37,143 nt of DNA from an uncultured Chloroflexota bacterium (GTDB lineage Bacteria; Chloroflexota; Limnocylindria; P2-11E). The stretch is taken from NCBI GenBank assembly GCA_964567235.1, contig CAZMLV010000004.1, forward strand, positions 1 through 37,143. The letters run 5' to 3'. Positions 34,317 through 37,143 of this stretch are shown one piece after another (positions within the stretch are counted from its first letter, which is position 1; every line of letters starts with the position of its first letter). The notes below the pieces were generated by a model that searched no databases, was not told the origin of the DNA, and saw only the letters and a list, made by a program, of their open reading frames with translations. Both the position numbers and the translations under genes were made by a program.

Positions 34317-35504
34317 CTGACCACCATCGATCGCGAACGTCAGGCCATCGAGGAAGCCGCGCACGTCCGCCTTCCCGTCATCGAGAGTGACGAGGGCCTC
34401 GAGACCGAGGAGCTCATCCTCAACCTCGGGCCGCAGCACCCGTCGACCCACGGCGTGCTCCGGCTCGTGCTGAAGCTCCAGGGCGAGAAGGTCGTCGAGT
34501 GCATCCCGGTCATGGGCTACCTGCATCGGGGCATCGAGAAGATCTTCGAGTGGCGGACCTTCCACCAGGGCATCCGCTACGCGGATCAGGCCGACTACGT
34601 CTCCAACATGCTCCAGGAGCACTGCTACGCCGGGGCGATGGAGGCCATCGGCGGGATCGACGTCCCACGGCGGGCCGAGTACATCCGCGTCATCGTCGAT
34701 GAGCTGTCGCGCTGCGCGTCGCACCTCGTATGGCTCGGCACGTACGGCCTCGACGTGGGCGCGACGACGCCGATGCTGTACTGCTTCCGCGATCGTGAGG
34801 AGATCCTCGACCTGTTCGAGGAGCTCTGCGGGTCACGCATGAACTTCAACTACTTCCGGCCGGGTGGCGTGCTCTACGACTTCCCGCCCGGCATGCTGGC
34901 GAAGCTCGAGCGGTTCCTCGACCGGTTCGCCGGGCACATCGAGCGGGACTACGTCGAGCTCTTCGAGACGAACGAGATCTTCCTCGAGCGGACCATCGGC
35001 GTCGGCGGCATCCCCGGCGTCGTGGCGACGCAGTACGGGCTCACCGGCCCGATCCTTCGCGCGTCCGGGGTCGATTGGGATCTCCGGAAGGACCGCCCGT
35101 ATTCCATCTATCCGGAGCTCACCAGCTTCAAGTCGGTGACCTCGGTGGAGGGCGACGCGTACGCGCGGTACAAGGTCCGGCTCGGCGAGATGCGCCGCTC
35201 GATCGAGATCGTCCGCGAGTGCATCGCGAACATCCCCGGTGGCGCCGTGCGCGCGCGGCTCGGGCACGTGTGGAAGTGTCCGAAGGGCGAGGCCTATTAC
35301 ACCGTCGAGGGTGCGAAGGGCGAGGTCGGCATCTACATGATCAGCTCGGGCGGTTCGGCGACGAACCCCTTCCGGGCGAAGATGCGCGGCCCGTCGTTCA
35401 ACAACCTGCAGATCCTCCCGTGGCTCCTTCAGGGCCGGCTCGTGGCGGACGTCGTGGCGATCCTCGGCTCGATCGACATCGTGCTCGGCGACGTGGACCG
35501 GTAA
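34317..35504 (+). CDS. nuoD: NADH-quinone oxidoreductase subunit D-like
   Basis: Shows NLGPQHPSTHGVLRL, YLHRGIEKI and the C-terminal GSIDIVLGDVDR (NuoD type, no NiFe Cys motifs). Track ORF start 34455 (GTG) would delete the conserved GPQHP motif. No ATG/GTG/TTG lies between the nuoB TGA (34311-34313) and that motif. CTG 34317, 7 nt after SD AAGGTGG (34303-34309), is my best guess. Confidence 0.85.
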   Translation: MTTIDRERQAIEEAAHVRLPVIESDEGLETEELILNLGPQHPSTHGVLRLVLKLQGEKVVECIPVMGYLHRGIEKIFEWRTFHQGIRYADQADYVSNMLQEHCYAGAMEAIGGIDVPRRAEYIRVIVDELSRCASHLVWLGTYGLDVGATTPMLYCFRDREEILDLFEELCGSRMNFNYFRPGGVLYDFPPGMLAKLERFLDRFAGHIERDYVELFETNEIFLERTIGVGGIPGVVATQYGLTGPILRASGVDWDLRKDRPYSIYPELTSFKSVTSVEGDAYARYKVRLGEMRRSIEIVRECIANIPGGAVRARLGHVWKCPKGEAYYTVEGAKGEVGIYMISSGGSATNPFRAKMRGPSFNNLQILPWLLQGRLVADVVAILGSIDIVLGDVDR

Positions 35505-36223
35505 TGCTCGGGATCCTCAACGGCATGAAGCGAACGCTCAGCCACGTGTTCATGCGCCAGAGCGTCACGCGCAAGTACCCGTACGAGAAGCGCGAGCTGC
35601 CGGAGCGCAGCCGGGGGCTCATCGCGCTGCTGCTCGAGCCCGAGACGAGCATCTTCAAGTGCGAGTCGTGCCTCATGTGCGAGAAGGCCTGCCCGCCGCG
35701 AGCCATCTCGATCTCGTACACGTTCCGCAACGCCTTCCGCAAGCGGCCGCCCATCGCGCCCCGCGCGTCGTACTACCGCATCCGCATGGTCCAGACCGCG
35801 CCGTACGGCGACCGCCGTCCGCTGTCGAATGCGGTGCTCACGGTGCCGGCCGAGGCGGAGCGCGGGCTCGACCTCGCCATCGTCGACCGCATCCTTCGCG
35901 AGGCGCCCGCGGGCGCCGACCGGATGACCCGGGTGCTCTACGCGACGGACGCGGCGTACGGCTACCTGCCCTGGAGCGCGGCCGAGCGGATCGCCGCGTC
36001 GTTCGGCGTGCAGATGACCCACCTCTACACGGCCGCCTCGCTGCTCTCGAACTTCCGCGGCGCGCCCGACGGCCAGGGCACCGCGATCCCGCGCGGTGGC
36101 CGCCGTTACACCGGCAACGTCGCGATCGCCGGCCTCTGGCCGGACCAGAGCCCCGCGCCAGCGCACGATCACCTGCATGAGCACGAGGTGACGCACCCGA
36201 TGGAGCCCGCGTTTGCCGACTAG
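35504..36223 (+). CDS. nuoI: chimeric NuoI-like (single 4Fe-4S motif) / NuoE-N-domain-like protein with His-rich tail
   Basis: 239 aa. The ATG overlaps the nuoD TAA (TAATG). The N-terminus (KRTLSHVFMRQSVTRKYPYEKRELPERSRG, KCESCLMCEKACPPRAISI) is NuoI-like, but only 4 Cys are present in total. The middle region (VDRILREAP...AAYGYLPWSAAERIAASFGVQMTHLYTAASLLSNF) resembles the NuoE N-terminal helical domain without 2Fe-2S cysteines. The tail is PAHDHLHEHEVTHP. Confidence 0.75.
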   Translation: MLGILNGMKRTLSHVFMRQSVTRKYPYEKRELPERSRGLIALLLEPETSIFKCESCLMCEKACPPRAISISYTFRNAFRKRPPIAPRASYYRIRMVQTAPYGDRRPLSNAVLTVPAEAERGLDLAIVDRILREAPAGADRMTRVLYATDAAYGYLPWSAAERIAASFGVQMTHLYTAASLLSNFRGAPDGQGTAIPRGGRRYTGNVAIAGLWPDQSPAPAHDHLHEHEVTHPMEPAFAD

Positions 36224-37143
36224 CGCCGCGTACCGGATCCTCGACACCGACGTCAACGCCGCCCACGAGCGCGAGCGCGCCCGTTCAATGGGGCCCGAGC
36301 AGCTCATCGCGCTCATCGAGGCGAGCGGCCTGCGCGGTCGCGGCGGGGCCGGGTTCCCGCTCGCGCGCAAGCTCGCGACTGCGCGCGCAGCGGCAGCCGG
36401 TGGTAGTGCGTACGTCGTCGCGAACGCCTACGACGCGGATCCGGGCAGCCCGCTCGCGCGCACGATCCTCCTCACGAAGCCCGAGCTCGTGATCCAAGGC
36501 CTCGCCATCGCCGCCGCTGCCGTCGGCGCCACGAGCGGCTACCTCTACCTGCGTCCGGATGCCGAGAGCGCGAAGCGCGCGGCGGAACGCGCGCTCGAGG
36601 CCGCTCGGCCCGCCCTCGGCGATCTCGAGATCGAGGTCGCCCTTGGTCCCGGCACCTTCATGGGCGGCGAGGAGTCCGCGCTGCTCGCGGTGCTCGAATC
36701 GCGCCGGGCGATGGCCCGGCAGCGGCCGCCGTATCCGGCGCGCCAGGGACTGCTCCTCCGTCCCACGGTCGTCTCGAGCGCGGAGACGCTCGCGGCGCTG
36801 CCGCTCATCGTGCGCGACGGCGCCGAGGCGTTCCGGCGCGTCGGGACCGAGTCATCGCCCGGAACGAAGCTCGTGTCGGTGACCGGCGCGGTCGCATCGC
36901 CCGGCGTCTACGAGGTCGCGTTCGGCGAGACCCTGGGCGAGATCCTCGAGCGCGCCGGCGGCGCGGCGGGGAAGACGTTCAAGGGGCTCCATGTGGGCGG
37001 CCCGACCGGCGGCATCCTCAACTCGACGCGGACCGGCGTGGCCCTCGACTACGCCGCGCTGAAGGCCGCGGGCACGCACCTCGGCTCCGCGCAGATCCGG
37101 GTCATCGGCCCCGGCGTCTGCGTCGTGAACGAGGCCGCCAAGC
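36213..37143 (+). CDS. nuoF: NuoF-like NADH/FMN-binding flavoprotein subunit (3' end outside window)
   Basis: Frame open to the window end. Shows SGLRGRGGAGFP, ANAYDADPGS, GPGTFMGGEESALL, PPYPARQGLLLRPTVVSSAETLA and SPGTKLVSVTG. Probable TTG start at 36213 (11-nt overlap with the upstream gene); ATG 36288 is the alternative. Confidence 0.85.
   Translation, partial: MPTSAAYRILDTDVNAAHERERARSMGPEQLIALIEASGLRGRGGAGFPLARKLATARAAAAGGSAYVVANAYDADPGSPLARTILLTKPELVIQGLAIAAAAVGATSGYLYLRPDAESAKRAAERALEAARPALGDLEIEVALGPGTFMGGEESALLAVLESRRAMARQRPPYPARQGLLLRPTVVSSAETLAALPLIVRDGAEAFRRVGTESSPGTKLVSVTGAVASPGVYEVAFGETLGEILERAGGAAGKTFKGLHVGGPTGGILNSTRTGVALDYAALKAAGTHLGSAQIRVIGPGVCVVNEAAK

Noticed and set aside
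1-37143. CRISPR arrays, rRNA genes, IS elements, group II introns/retrons, toxin-antitoxin or known defence-system genes
   Set aside because: I scanned both strands. There are no regularly spaced direct repeats, no reverse transcriptase, transposase, integrase or nuclease motifs, and no rRNA-like conserved blocks.

Overview
Very GC-rich (roughly 70% by eye), gene-dense chromosomal segment from an actinobacterium-like or related terrabacterial organism. Supporting hints are a mycobacterial-type CRIGERSS rhodanese, DUF881/DUF951 genes, a DinB/MDMPI-like protein and frequent GTGA/ATGA start-stop overlaps. I support about 41 coding regions, one multiply frameshifted HAD pseudogene, two tRNAs (Pro-CGG, Arg-CCT), a few strong GC hairpins and one short in-gene tandem repeat. 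Many long ORFs in the six-frame track are Arg/Pro/Ala-rich antisense or out-of-frame artefacts of the GC content and were rejected. Gene order: redoxin fragment, hypothetical, HAD pseudogene, rhodanese, amidohydrolase, LON N-domain protein, beta-grasp::CoA-transferase fusion, SAM methyltransferase, PfkB kinase. Then ECF sigma/anti-sigma/lipoprotein, two hypotheticals, tRNA-Pro, an orphan nuoJKLMN block and a PA-repeat membrane protein. Then a minus-strand trio (sensor-like membrane protein, Cys-rich 81-aa protein, DMT exporter), a thioredoxin-like lipoprotein, a tandem cupredoxin, and a less GC-rich islet ending at tRNA-Arg. Finally an APH-like kinase, DUF881 x2, DUF951, MFS, an asymmetric heterodimeric ABC exporter, Tat-lipoprotein PhoD, an IMPase, and nuoB - nuoD - NuoI/NuoE chimera - nuoF-like running off the window. 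The most unusual content is the complex-I-related material. It is split into two blocks, lacks nuoA/C/E/G/H in the window, and has no canonical start codon for nuoD, which sits in frame behind the nuoB TGA. It also encodes a one-cluster NuoI fused to a cluster-less NuoE-like domain, and membrane subunits with substituted channel residues. No CRISPR array, transposase, integrase or recognisable defence genes were seen.
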